A stretch of 63,995 nucleotides of DNA, the filler included, from Basidiobolus ranarum (Eukaryota): the NCBI GenBank assembly GCA_040143965.1. It is 3 parts of 3 records of this genome, joined end to end, with 100 filler letters (N's around TTAATTAATTAA, not from the genome) between each part and the next. Parts side by side here need not be neighbours in the genome. Positions count along the whole stretch, not along the records: positions 45,042 to 63,995 come from JASJQH010000263.1; 2 more parts are not named here. One strand, written 5' to 3'. Made by a program: the position numbers and the translations under genes. Positions within the stretch are counted from its first letter, which is position 1. Every line of letters begins with the position of its first letter. Shown here one piece after another: positions 50,528-63,883 of the stretch. A model generated the notes under the pieces. That model made no database searches. It saw nothing but the letters and a program-made list of their open reading frames with translations, and was not told the origin of the DNA.

Positions 50528-52591
50528 CGACACGGTTGCGCTGGCAATATTCCAAAATTCGTTGCTAAATCTAGTCACTCAGAGGAGCCATGCTGGCTTT
50601 ATGTGTCTACAAGAATGGATTCGGATCCAGATCAAGTTGATTTAACTCATTATGTACTCGGTCATCTCTGTATGTCTTAGCTAACTGCAATATCTTTCAT
50701 ATTATGTGTCCTCAGACATCTACCCAAACCCTTTAGGTGCTGAGCTGTCTTTAAACTTGTATCTAGTGAGGAGTAGCCAGTTTATTTCATCTTGACCCCT
50801 TTTTAATGAACAACTCCAAATTAGTGCATGATTCGGTGATCTCCGCTTTTTCTTCACAAATGACCCACACATGAACTCACAGGAGTTTCCACTGTACATA
50901 GAATCTTTCAATGGCCCGATTTAGAAAGGATTTACAAGCAGTTGATGCTAGATATGGAGTGGTAAAGCGAGTGCTAGATAAGAAATGATTGACTAACATT
51001 CAGGCAACTCAATGCTACTTAGTATGTTCTCATGTATACTTGGCTATGCATAAAGTGAATCCCTTATGTCACTTTTAAAATTAATCTATGTGAAGAGGAA
51101 AATATTCTTCCTTGAGACTATCAACAAAAACCACCTCCAAGACACATCTTTGGTAGATTTGTTACTACTGTATAAGAAGACGAAGCCGTATTTAGAAATT
51201 GACATTGGTAGAGGGGACAGCGCATGGAGAAGCATGGCCTCAGTTAGTGCATGATAAGTTGCACCCATTTTGTACTAATATATAATCGGTTTTTGTTAAC
51301 CTCTTAGCACATGACACCCTAGGATCCCATTTTGTTGTGCTGGCAGACCATACCGTAAGTCAAAAAGTCAGAAACCCATGCATCCCGTGGATATGTGTCA
51401 TTTTTCCAACACTCTCTGAACCATAAAAATGGTAGGACCTCTTCTCCAACCATTAAGTTATCCAGTAGTTATGTTTTTCTTGTCGAAGTGGTTGTAAAAA
51501 ACTGGGATAATATTTCAAAGCATAGAGAAAGAGAGAAGTATTCTCAGCAGCCATTTTACAAGGTCTGGCTCTTTGTGCTTGACTATGATACTTACGGTTT
51601 GCAGTCATTTAAATTTCAGGTTGGACGTTTCAGTGATTGAAATCCTGGGTTTCTATGATTTATATGCAATCATCCCTTTGTGCTACATCAGCCAACTGCC
51701 GCTCAAACTCTTAATATTTGGTGTTCTCTCTGAATCTGCTTTAATTCGCTTGTAAGCATCACATAGTAAAATCACCTCCTTGTTTTGTTACATGCCTCCT
51801 CATAGTTTGATCTAGCTTATGAAGGTGGAGCGCTCTTCAGATCTTTAATCCAGTTGATTCGATGTAGGCTCATTTGAGAAAGGTTGAACTTAATAAAGGA
51901 GGTTGTTTTAAGTATCATAGAAACGACAATCCATGGATTTTGGAATATAGTTTGGGGTACAAGCATAAGGAGAAGAAAGAAAATGAAAATACCACATATA
52001 AGTAATATTCCATAATTCCTTTGTGACGCACATCAAACATTCAGTAGATTCTCATTCTTTACAAGGACTTACGGTTATTCTTCATTTCATAATCAATTTC
52101 TCGCCTTTCTTCGTAGTTTGTTCTAGTAACGTTCCTTTCGTTTGATGGATTGGATATGGCGACATTGAGTTTCTTATTGTATTGCATACCAAGCATCTTT
52201 TGTTACTGCCAATACAGACAGGGAAATGGTTTCAGTGTTAATTGGTTTAATAGTAAGCTATTGGATCTATAGTGCTATGCGTTTGACAGGGAGTTTCTTT
52301 CCTTATAACCAAACGGCTATCAGAAAGTTACCTAGAGTATGATTTGCTGGAAAGGTATTTCAAGAGGTACCGTGGAAGAATGAGGTTCTGAGTGTCTCAT
52401 AATCGGGAGCATTTATTACTAATACTGGTGCAAGTAAATTAAAGCAAAGCCTAAGAATATATCCATATTGAGTATTTACAAAAGTATAAGGGAGAGAAAT
52501 AAATGAGCAACAATGTCCTGTATAAGTCTTGTGTTGTAAATTACAAAATAAACAAGATAATGGAGAAGTGAGGTCTTATAAAGTATCAGCC

Positions 52592-54518
52592 CTAGCTCTG
52601 TTGGATCTTTTCGTGTAGAGAAATGACTGCGGTGTAGGTGCCAAAACCACAGCTTGTAAATCCAATCAGGACAATGAAAAATTCTGATAGGTTCCTATAA
52701 AAGCCAGTTGGACCACCAAACAATCGACGATTGAAAACTATTGGTAGGACCTGGGATGAGGGATGTTAGCACATTTGCAGTGTATTTGCCATCATAAACG
52801 ACCAATATGACATCGATTTCTACTTACGAAAATCAACATAGAGTTAGAGACAGCTCCCAAAAGTGTGATTACCTCAGCAAAGTACGGTAAAACGATGGCA
52901 ACCAGTGCGGAAGAAGATAATAAGATGGTACGGAATGCTACTCGACTTAAAAGTTCTCCTGCACATGACATATGAATTCTATCGATTTTCAATAGGTGTT
53001 CAACCTTTATATTCGAGGGAGATTTAGTACCATTCAAGGATTCATCTGCATTTATGCTTGCACATACCTCTAATGCCAAAGATGCTAGAAGAATGGGGTT
53101 TGTGAGAAGTACGTGAGCGGTGATTACAATAATAGCAAAGGTCAAACATGGCCCTATTACGAAATTCGCAACAAATGAGTGAATACAGAAAATCAATTGG
53201 AAGCGATAGAATTACACTTACCGGCTGGGAGAGTGTTCAGGATAGGTGATTCCACTTTATCCCCATAAACATAATAGCCAACAAACGCGGTTACAATATA
53301 CATCGCAAACACAGTAATTAGGGCCTTCTTTAAAACCTTGGGCCAGTCTTGTCGGTTACTCATACTATGTTCGACATGAGGAAAGACACTATTACCACCA
53401 AATGAGAATCCCACAGCTGCCAATACTGAAGGAAAGGCCAGTAAGTTGTAGTATTCATGCTTCGCGTCTGCATAGTTGGGAAGATCAATGAATCCTGTTA
53501 CTAGTACGATGAAGACCATAATTACGGTAGCAAAAGCACCAAAAAAGCTATGGAAATTTCCTTTAGTATATAAAATGTACAAAAAGCATTCGGTAAGACT
53601 CTACCTTAGCACTGCTACTTCTTTTAAAGTTTTCATAAATACAAATGGCGGCCATATCATAACGGTGCAAACGACAATCCTACGCAAAAACAAGATGAGA
53701 AGGATTGCACAATATATATGCTCGTACTTAAAAAGCGATGACAGGAAATTCAAACATACCAATGGGTAACCTTCCAAGTGGGCAAAATATCCTCAAAGAG
53801 TTGGCGAAAATTGGCAGAAGCAAGGATGAAAAATAGCGCAGAGGATCCAAACATCATAGTACTAGTGAAAAAGTTCACCAACAAGCGGCCATATTTTCCA
53901 AAAGCTACTTGGCCGACTTCGGAAAGACTGTTGAGACGTTTACTATTCATGCAAGGTTACTTCGCTGTCCGATAAACGAGATAAATCATGAAATAAACTA
54001 ACCCATCAACGTATAGACATTTGATTAATAGGATACCACTATAGTAGGCGATACAGGAGCACAAGGCAATACTACCCAGTCCGATCCATCCACCTTGTTT
54101 TAGACAGAATGGAAGCTGAAGGTATGTTGGAGTTAAGAAGTGTATAGTATATGAGGACTAATGGACTTTTTCATTGAGAAATTGAAGAAAAAGGATATGA
54201 CACCAGAACCAGCCATTAAGCAACTATTGAATTGGAATTTGTAAGTATCAAGAGCGACATCAAGGTTCAATATATATAAATACATACACTAGATTAAAGT
54301 AGGCTCCCCAATTGGAGCCATGATGGCCCTCATCAAATAATTCGAGTTCACCTTCAGCCTCGATCGCTTTGTCAGCTGTAAGGGAAAATGTCAGTGATTG
54401 GGTTTTACAAGTTTTTCCAGTTCATCATACCAATGCTGTCTACTCCTCCGTACACTCTTGGTGCCATTTCTGATTTCAAAGGGTGTCCATCCGTGCTATC
54501 GGTAGTGGGCCAACTCAT
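52592..54518 (-). CDS. Aa_trans (AAAP/Avt1-like) amino-acid transporter; 8 introns including one AT-AC
   Basis: AYFNLVCLMAGSGVLQLPFCLKQGGWIG; EVGQVAFGKYG; MKTLKEVAVLS; FSFGGNSVFPHVEHSM; VGYYVYGDKVESPILNTLP; LPYFAEVITLLGA. Confidence 0.92.
54122..54198 (-). other. U12-type (minor spliceosome) AT-AC intron, 77 nt
   Basis: 5' splice site ATATCCTTTTT; branch site CTTCTTAAC about 10 nt before the terminal AC; removal restores GSGV|LQLPF in frame. Confidence 0.92.
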
Positions 54519-57128
54519 GACAAACACGCAGGGTTTTAAGATTGGTTGGGAAACAAATATATAAGATGCTGGAAGGTCTAAGTCTATCAAGGAATGGGTG
54601 TGTCCTACTTCAATGACTAGGATAAAATGCGGCTTGCAAGAAAAGGTAACTGACAATGGATTCTTCGATGCAGAGAAGGATTACTCTAAGGCGTACAGCA
54701 ATATGTAGTAAATTTTAAAGTTGGGAATGGATCCATCGGATGAGTTGGTTTTATACTCCCATAGCTTACAGGGATGTTTGTACATGGATCGCATTGGCTG
54801 TACAGTCATATTAATATGTGGGTGTACTAGTTCGCATGATATATGGAAGAGTAATGTAAGGTCACATCGAGGGTTGTATACAGTATGCAAATAAATCGAT
54901 CTATTTTAGAAGGTTTCTCTCCAGCGATTATATCGATCTTTTATGAAACATACTTGGCATGCATTGTTTTTACCTTGGGTATGACTCGTAGGATATCAGG
55001 AACAGGTCAACGTGATAGAAGTAACACAGCATAAAGCCAAATGATTCCAGAAAATCTACATCATTGGGATTAGTAATTCGAAATGTATAAATAACAATCA
55101 CCGCACTCAAAGCACGCAATGGCTCATCCTACTAAATTTACTTCCGTGGAACTCCTGACTGCGTGACAGCATTCATATTGTATTGCCATATTTGGGCGCT
55201 GGCCAGATTAAAATCTGAATCGATGAAAGCAGCCACAAAGTGCTTGTCATTTAGGGGTTGGTAGATACTAATCAGGACATTTACGAAGTTTCATGAGATC
55301 CATCACATGATACAGAATCATGCTACTAATGAATGGCATCCCAAACACTAATAGCCCACTGCTTGTAAAATTGATTAGTAACCGCTGGCTAATCAATACG
55401 CCATTATCAATGAAAGTGTCACAAGAGATGAATTGTTCTACAGATCACACGACTGAGAAGCTGCCGCTTTACCATATTGAAACAAGTGAGGCTTATCAAG
55501 ATTTCCACTAAAGAGGGAGCACCATCTCACATATCACGCAAGTCCGCATATTTGCATACATTGCAGTGATAGCACTGGGTAGTGGCAATCCGTTTGATTC
55601 TTTTTGCAGACGAGCACACTGACTGGAATCAACTTCAGAGGTAGCAAGTGGTATGGCCGTTGGAATATACGTCGGAAACTGGCATCTGTATCCACGTGCC
55701 GATTCTTGGTTAATTTTACGGTAGCGTTGATTTGAAAGGCATCGGAAATTACCGTGGCGAGATTTGATCACGCATCGAGTGAATCCATCAGTTCACGGCG
55801 TATCAAACTCGTAGGTCAAATACTTCTCGGCTGTTGATACATGGAACTTTCCTAATAACTGGGTTTCTACATGTAGTGGTACTTTACTTTGTTGTCAGGA
55901 TCTTTTGAGCAGCTTGCTATCTAGGATTCTCACTTGCATGACTCGAGTTATATCAGTAATAGTCAGCATGATGGAAGTAATACAGAGTTTTCTGGATACT
56001 GTTAAATTAAGTAAACTAGCCGGAGATCTATTGGGAAATTGATCCTGGCTTTTTTATTGGTTCCGCTCATTTTTGTGGTATCCCCCAATGTATGTATCGC
56101 TTCGGATTGATCCATATGTTCTGATTCTGGAATATCGTCGGATTTTAGGCAATAAACATTGCTTCAACATCTATGGCTATGTAAGTAACTGACGTGGAGA
56201 AATGCGACAACTGATCGTGAGATTGGACTACCCACTGACTATAAAGCCTCGTCTTTTCAATATCGACAAAGAGACAAGACGAGCGACTTTTGTAATCTCC
56301 CGGTCAAATTCTCTAATGCTACCTATCTGACCCTCTTGCTGTGACTGAGGACCAATGTTCTATTGTTAGCTCTTTACATGGGTCTATTTGTCTTTTATTT
56401 AAAATCAATTGGTAGTTCACTTTCAGACAGCAAAACAAACATTTCTAATAATATATTATCAGGGGTAATTCACAAACAATGCATCATCACTGGGGCAGAG
56501 TAATAAGATGCAGTAGTGAGCCTGAGTGAGCATTCACGATACCAGAAGGGACAGAACCTGAATATTTGTTAATGAGTTGTAAGTGGGCTTTTTCGTACTC
56601 TCCATTCCTGCTCGGTTCAAATGATATTCATTTCTCAAGAAGTTCTTGCACTTCCTAATACTACCTTTTATGGCGGTACTCTAAGACTTTCTAGTCATGA
56701 ACCAACTGCTTTTGACAGCTGCTCATAACCAAAATAGTAAACTACTAACCACGTTGCAAATAAACGAATAAAAATATCTAGCATGACGAAATTTACCAAC
56801 TAGAGGTAAGATCGAATAAGAGTTAAAATAAGGTAGAAAATTAATATCCTCCATGTTGCACTAGCAATATACCCATCACTAGCTTTAGTTCGATCCTCCT
56901 ACCAAACAGTTTCCATTCCTTGACCAATGCATATTAGTGTGGAATTGAGATTTGACCAAATAATGTGCTGGTGCATTCATCAACTCAAAGTCGTGAAGGA
57001 ATATGATTTTAATACGTCTTCCAAAACTCTGGCAAATAATCATTAATTCAAAATGCGCTATATATATAACTTTCCACACTTGGCAGTGCAGATGATGATG
57101 GTAAAATTGAGTTATTAGCGGCTTCAAT

Positions 57129-58908
57129 TCAAGAGGATACAACATCCTTGGCGTACTCATTGTTTAAGCCACTATTTCCTGATCTTTGCGTAGAGTTCGC
57201 TTCTGAAGCTTCACCTAGAGCCAAAATCAAGAAGAATACGCCATATAATTGAAATCCAGCTAATCGATAGGTAATCATATTTGCTACATAGCCAACTACA
57301 GTGGCTGTAAGGGTAGATGCTAGTAACAATGCAGTAAGCATCAGTAATAGCCACCCAGGAATAGTGGCAAAGGCCAGTAATGTTAACTAATAAGGGTAAA
57401 ACCGTTATTATCATGTAAACAACTCATGCACACACTACATCAATTTACCTTTCGCATACAATGTTGCGACCGCGCTGAAAGTTCCAGCACTTTCAGGTTC
57501 CTCAAAAAGCTACATCCATAATAGCCAAGTAATACGGCGTTTAGAAGAAACAAGACTGGTACTTCATTTGTCATCATAATAACTGCAATTTTGTAGACTA
57601 TTGCTATCTTACTGCTTACGCCAACTATCAATAGGATTACCACCAGGGTAAAGTTTCCCATGCAAAAGTACAATAGAGTATAGAATATTCGCAACCTTTG
57701 TGTCCGACCGTGCATTTCCAAGACTATTCTTCCCCTGGTTGAAACGATGAATCAATGAATAATCGGGAAATAAAGGAAACGAATAGCAACTTTTGAGGTA
57801 CCATGTAAGTAGCAATCCACCATATGCCAAATAACCGACTAGCCATGAAACATAAATGGCAATCTGGCCAACAACTCCATTTATTTTGTTGGCATCAACG
57901 CAGACTCCAACTTGAAAACAAGAAGTTTAGTTCAAAGTAGCATGCACAAGTAAAAGAAAGGTTCTTACTTAAGAGATATGCAAAAGAAGCCACATATATT
58001 CCAACCCGAACGTCGATAAAAATTCTGTGGATCACGTAGAAGCAATAGAGGCGGTAGGTGATATATATCAAAAATAAAATAGACTTGGAAAGCATTAGTT
58101 TCATATATGCATATGTGATTACCAGCAATCTCATGTAGGCTTACACAGGCAAAATATAACCACTGCATCACAGCAAACCCTGGAGACTGCAATAGGCGAT
58201 TCCAAGGACCTGGCTCTAATATATTCCAAAGAATTAAATGGTTGCAATGTTGGAGAATAACATCAAAATCGTACCCTTCCAAATCTGAATCACGGGGGGA
58301 TTTCTGGCTGCATTGAGCAAATTGCTTAAAATATCGCCGTGGTCTTTGGCCACTATTGTCAAATATATATCGCTAGGCTTGTCTCTGAAATAGTTTCCGT
58401 AGCTCTCATGGTAGAGATTCCCAAATGAAAACTTGCTCTCCAACGTCGAGGTAAAAACTGCAACCTTCAGTGTGGGATAATTAAAGCTTTGTAGTTGCTT
58501 GGAAAGCGATGCTAGTAGAGATACAATCTGGATACAGGAATACGATTGTAGATATATCGTTAAATATAAATAGATTACGAGTAACAATCTTAAAGGACTC
58601 ACATCTGAAAATTCATAGCAATTCTTCGCTGAGGCCTCTTTCCAGCTTATAAAAATAGCCATGGTGCTGACATTATTATATGTGAGTTGAGTGTTATTTG
58701 ATGAAAAAGGTGAAATGCGGCAACCATCCAGTATTTCTGCTTTGAGCAATATTGAGGTGAAATTATAGGAATCAGGAGAGTCTTGGTAAAAGTCATAGCT
58801 GGAAAAATAGCTCAGGGCTCCGGATGTGAAGGGTGTATCAGGGATGATTTGAATTGTTGCGAGTGCTCGCCATAGTAATGTGAGAATGAGCAGGACTGCC
58901 TTGACCAT
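57129..58908 (-). CDS. Signal peptide plus PA-like ectodomain plus seven hydrophobic segments (GPCR-like receptor candidate); 6 introns
   Basis: Six GT-AG introns join the ORF fragments into one frame: MVKAVLLILTLLWRALA signal, ectodomain ending EPGPWNRLLQS, seven hydrophobic stretches, short tail. Confidence 0.7.
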
Positions 58909-59918
58909 AGAAAGTTGTGTGAAGTGAATACGGAGAGGCCTGGCCACCTTTCAACAGCACTTGAAGTGATGACTGTGACGGGCAGGTAAGTTCTAAAAGA
59001 GAGGTAGACAGATACCCTATGGGCTACTTATAGGAATATTTGATGTCGAAACTCCAGTATAGTGTTGATGATTCTCTATAAGTATATGATATCTCCTTGC
59101 TTCAGCCATTTTCATCTTAATTGCTATCAATCCCCTTTACTCAAGAACCTGACTAAGGAAAAATGTTTCAGCGAGTTGTGTAATGAAGCATGCGTGAAGA
59201 ACTGGGTCAGCACAAGTCAAGCTCGATGAATGATTTTCACTTGTGGGGGCCTTAATGAGCCAAATGTGCACTTGTGCAAGCTCCGTACAGTTTTGAAAAA
59301 ACCAATAGCTTCAGGTAGAGATAATTTCACCTCCTGAAGTGAATACTTGTTGAAACCTCAAAAACAGAGATATGTATGTCTACCGCCAACACTATTGGTT
59401 GCTGATATTAATAATACTGCTTTTTCCTAACGATCAGATGCAGCCTGTTAATCTCGGTGGCAATCAGAAATCGACGAGGGAACGAATTCAAGTTCAATAA
59501 TGTAGTAGTATTAAGCTGACAGGTTGGTATATACGTCTTTTATGATCACTATAGTTGCATTATAGAGTTCAAATCCTGCTGCCCGTTGACGACCTATACT
59601 TTATGGTCAACGGTGCAAGACTTTCTCCTTGCGCTAATTAGATGTTAAATACGGTTACTATATCTTCGTTATTATGTCTTTAGCCATCGTGACTTCTGAT
59701 GGCTTAATCTCGATATAGTATAATCAATAGATCAAAGAGGGTGGACATGGATTCAAATATATCCAATAGGGATTTTATTTGGTTTTAGTTTTACTCTGCG
59801 CTATGCATGTGGTATTATTACCAATTAGTGCGATTTTCCTCAGATTTAAGTAGTTTGAATATATTCCATCTGGTATTCTGATGAAATTCTGCTTCCCACA
59901 AAATAACATACCCTACAC

Positions 59919-60811
59919 CTACTCTCTTTTAGCAAAGTATTGAACTAGGCGTGGGCGTGCTTCGACTGCTTCTTGAAGTTGCTTCAGATGGGGATACCTC
60001 TGTGAGAAATATTTGTTAGTCAGTTACCGATTCCTCTACCATAAATGTGTTTGGGACACATTAAAAGTTACCTCAAGCTTGCCAAGGATTTCTTCATCAT
60101 GGACGATTTGATAAATCATTATATCTGCGTACGTAAACTGTGAGGAGAAGAGTGTTAGCAATTGTTTAATATACCAATTCCGAAACTATAAAGCTACATT
60201 ATCATTCAATGCGAAGGGCCCCTCATGCTTTCCAAGCAGCTTCTCGACTATATCCAAATACCCAGGAAGCTCATTTTCAACGTGTTGGGCTCTATCCTTG
60301 GGAGATTGCAATCCAGCAGCCCAACTTGCACGCCAATCAACCACAAAATCGGAAACACTATCGATAAATAAGTCCTCTTCCAGTGTCCTTCCTTTGTGGG
60401 TTCCTTGATAGCACACCAAAGCGTTAATTCTACAAATACTTCGATGTATGAATTCAATCACACAGTTCTTACCTAGTTTCCCAGCGATATAGCGCAACAG
60501 CGGGACGGTGCCAAAATAATTCTCCCCATTGAGTTCGAGTATTGGCAATGAGCCAACTGGGTTTTTTTCTGTAGCTTTTAGTTGCTTACTTAATGCAGGC
60601 CATTGATCATCATATGGAATTCGTTCTTCTTCGTACTGAATACCAGCATCTTGTAAGAGAACTCGGATATTTTCACCACGTCCTTTAGCTAAATCGAAGT
60701 GAGCATTGTAAGTAACCTAAAGGAATGCATGTGATTCATAAGGAAATTTTCACCTCCAAGTTCGAAGTAAATGAGCTTTGGAGTACTGCCGAGAGGAGAT
60801 TTCGATGACAT
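59919..60811 (-). CDS. Glutathione S-transferase (Tyr-type, sigma/alpha/pi-like); 4 introns
   Basis: PKLIYFELGAKGRGENIRVLLQDAGIQYEE; PVGSLPILE; LLRYIAGKLG; FTYADIMIYQ; YPHLKQLQEAVEARPRLVQY. Confidence 0.9.
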
Positions 60812-61294
60812 GTTAGTTTATAAGTGCTTGACTTTTTCTAATCAGCATCCGTCTTAAATACGCTCTTGCAATGAGTCATAATACTCGCAATGGCCATGCT
60901 TTTGATCTGCTTTGAAATCAGCCACATTATTTAGATACTTCCTCGTCAAGTAACTAATCTGTGCCGTAACAAAGCCTATTTGTGCATCTTGAATTGTAAA
61001 TCGGATACCGCCAATATATCTATATTGGATTTCACTGCCAGATGATGATTCGTGTTCATAAAACTCGGTGGTGACGTGATTAGAATACAAAGCCAATCTG
61101 CCATTATCAGTGTGGCATTGAATCAAAACCTCCGGCTGGACTGACACCACTCACTATGCAATTACTAATCTCTACATGATTTGTCAGGTCACTACAATGG
61201 CGTGATTCGCCTAATTTCTTACCTGTGCTCAAGCATATCCCCTATATATAGATATACAACTCAGGGCGCATTTGGTTAGAATCCATTTAAACTC

Positions 61295-63369
61295 ATGACC
61301 ACTATCACACAAGAACTCCACACGTCCAAGGTATTTCACAGCGGTGAAGGTAAGAATGTATCTGCTTTGAGCTAGTAAATCTCCATAGATGTCATTATCT
61401 GACATAAGGATTCTTTTGATTCCTAGTTACTATCCAAACACTGGCAGGGGTGCGAGAGAATGCGGAAGAAACGACAGCGTTTATTCGTTCCTTCATGCCT
61501 CAGCAGCACCAATCCTTTTATGGCTCGTTGCCTTATGCTCTTGGTAGTAAACATATTCGGCTCTGATATGTCACTAATGATCTAAACACATGAATTCTTC
61601 CTCAGTCTCAACCTTAGATAGTAAAGGTCGGCCCTGGGCTTCATTGATCTATGGAGAGCCAGGCTTCATTGCAGCACTATCGGACAACAGCATAAGAATT
61701 AGAATTCAGGTTATGCATTGGGATCCTCTGGAAGATAATCTCATCCACCAGACTCGAGAACAAGTAAATGGTGGGCTCCCCTTTGGGATGCTAGGCATTG
61801 AGTTACATACACGTCGTCGTAACCGTGTAAATGGTCACGTCGTGAGCATTAAGCCAGACGTTACCAGTGGCTACTACGACTTGACTGTCGACGTGGATCA
61901 AAGTTATGGTAATTACTGTGAGAGTCCTATGGTATTTGTTGTAGCGGACTAATTAGTATCGTGTAGGGAACTGCCCAAAATATATTCAAACTCGTCAATG
62001 GTCAAAGAGGCAATCAAATCTGGAAGATTCCTCTCAAGATCGTGTCAATTTTCTGGAGCGACCAACCGAAACGTTTCCGGAAGATGTTCGTGGAATTATT
62101 AAGAACGCTGATTCATTTTATATAGCCAGTCGCTTTATTGACTCGGCCACTCCAAAAAACGCATCTGGTTTAGATGTCAGTCATCGTGGTGGCCATCGTG
62201 GGTTTGTACGTTTACTGCCGGACAACAAATCCTTTGTGTGGCCGGACTATAAGGGTAATAATATGTTCATGACATTGGGTAATATTCTGAAAGATTCCCG
62301 TGCCGGTGTCCTGTTTCTTAACTACGATGAAAACTCAGTTGTGTACATCACTGGGGTAGCCAAAGTGATTTTCAACGATGAAGCTCGAAGGTTGATTCCT
62401 GGCATGACCAGAGTTATAATGTTTGCGGCCGAGGAATTAATATTTGCTCGGAATACTTTACCATATCAATTTCAATATCAGGAGGACTCCCCATTCAATC
62501 CACCCGTACGGTATACCTCTGAAGGGAATGGTGATCGTGGCGCAATAGAATCTATCAATTGGGCAACACTAGTAGGAGTTAAGCGATTATCGTTCGATAC
62601 TTCTTCATTTACCTTTGAAACCAGTCAGCCAGTTACTTATCTTCCTGGACAGTATGCAACTTTTGACTTTTCAAATGAACCTGGTGTTGGCCAATTGAAA
62701 GAATCTATTCTGCAGCATGAAGGGGACTTGAAACAAGCCATATTGAATGATGACCTAGTACGAACTTGGACAATCTCCTCTACTCCTCCTCTAAGGAATT
62801 TCAACATAGCAGAGCCGGTGAGCCAAATAACAATTACGGTGAAGCAAAAGCCAGGGGGTTTGATATCGACTTTTCTGCATCAACATTATTCGAATGTGAC
62901 ATCCAGAAACATGCTGAGAGTGCCCTTAGTAGGTGTGGGAGGTACCTTCACTGTATTTCAACCCATCCACACTCGTTCAGCCCGCCCGAAGCTTCTGTTT
63001 TTAGCAGCTGGTGTTGGAATAACTCCTTTTCTGTCGATGTTACCAGCCCTTCGTAAATATGACGTTCATCTTGTGGTTACTGCTCGTCGTGAAGACGATC
63101 TTTACCTTAATATCATTCAGCCATTTTCAGAATTTGTAAAGATTACCGCACTACTAACTAGGGAGAAGCCTAGCACAGATTCCCGTGGTTCTTTATCCAT
63201 ACATAGTGACAGATTGAATGCCCTTAATCTAGCACATTATGTGGAAGATGTGAAGAATCGTGAGGTGTATATTTGTGGTCCAAACGCATTCATGGAGGTT
63301 ATGATGCAGGCCTGTGCACAATTTGGGATTAATGCCGATGATATCCATTCAGAGGAATTTTCGTTTTAG
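61295..63369 (+). CDS. Pyridoxamine-5'-phosphate-oxidase-like split barrels fused to an FNR-type FAD/NAD(P)-binding reductase; 3 introns
   Basis: FHSGE..FMPQQHQSFY..LDSKGRPWAS..GEPGF; TRRRNRVNG; GNCPKYIQTR; DVSHRGGHRGFV; PDYKGNNMFMTLGNI; YLPGQY; RTWTISS; AAGVGITPFLSML; YICGPNAFM; HSEEFSF. Confidence 0.9.
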
Positions 63370-63883
63370 TAAGTCTGAGTTTTTGTTTATTGACGCAATA
63401 ACTTGAAATGTTTCTATTTCTGGCCGCCTGATTCTGACATCCGTAATCCCTTTGGTGCGTTCGTTATGATGCTGAATACTCGAGACAACTCCAATCAATG
63501 TAGGTATGTCAACTATCCTTCCACTATTACAATTCTTAACCATTGTGGTTGTAAGTCCGATATGTTTGGACCCTGTCTTTGAAGTAACACATTAAATAAA
63601 GCTGATGTATATTGATGCTAACAGCTAAGTTATACCTTGAGCAATATACATTCTGCTGCCAGCGAATCTAGGAATAGTAGTTTATGCTCATAAATACATG
63701 AAATAAACATGGGAAAAGGTGAAGATGAGAAAAATATTGCGATTATTCCGTTTCCTTGGGTCAGATGTACGATTAAATGGGGTATTAGAGCATACATAGA
63801 AATTAGCAGTGTTTTTGATCCGAAGAAACATATATTAGTGGCTATTTAAATAGACAAATATTTTATGGATTGTTATTTTGATA

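Noticed and set aside
54009-54040. GTATCCTA on the minus strand as a second U12 donor
   Set aside because: Lies in coding sequence (SGILLIKCLY) and deviates from GTATCCTTT; the adjacent intron is ordinary GT-AG
54600-57000. Short ORFs in the spacers 47100-49350, 50600-52500 and 54600-57000
   Set aside because: No recognisable motifs or consistent splice model; possible decayed sequence but unsupported
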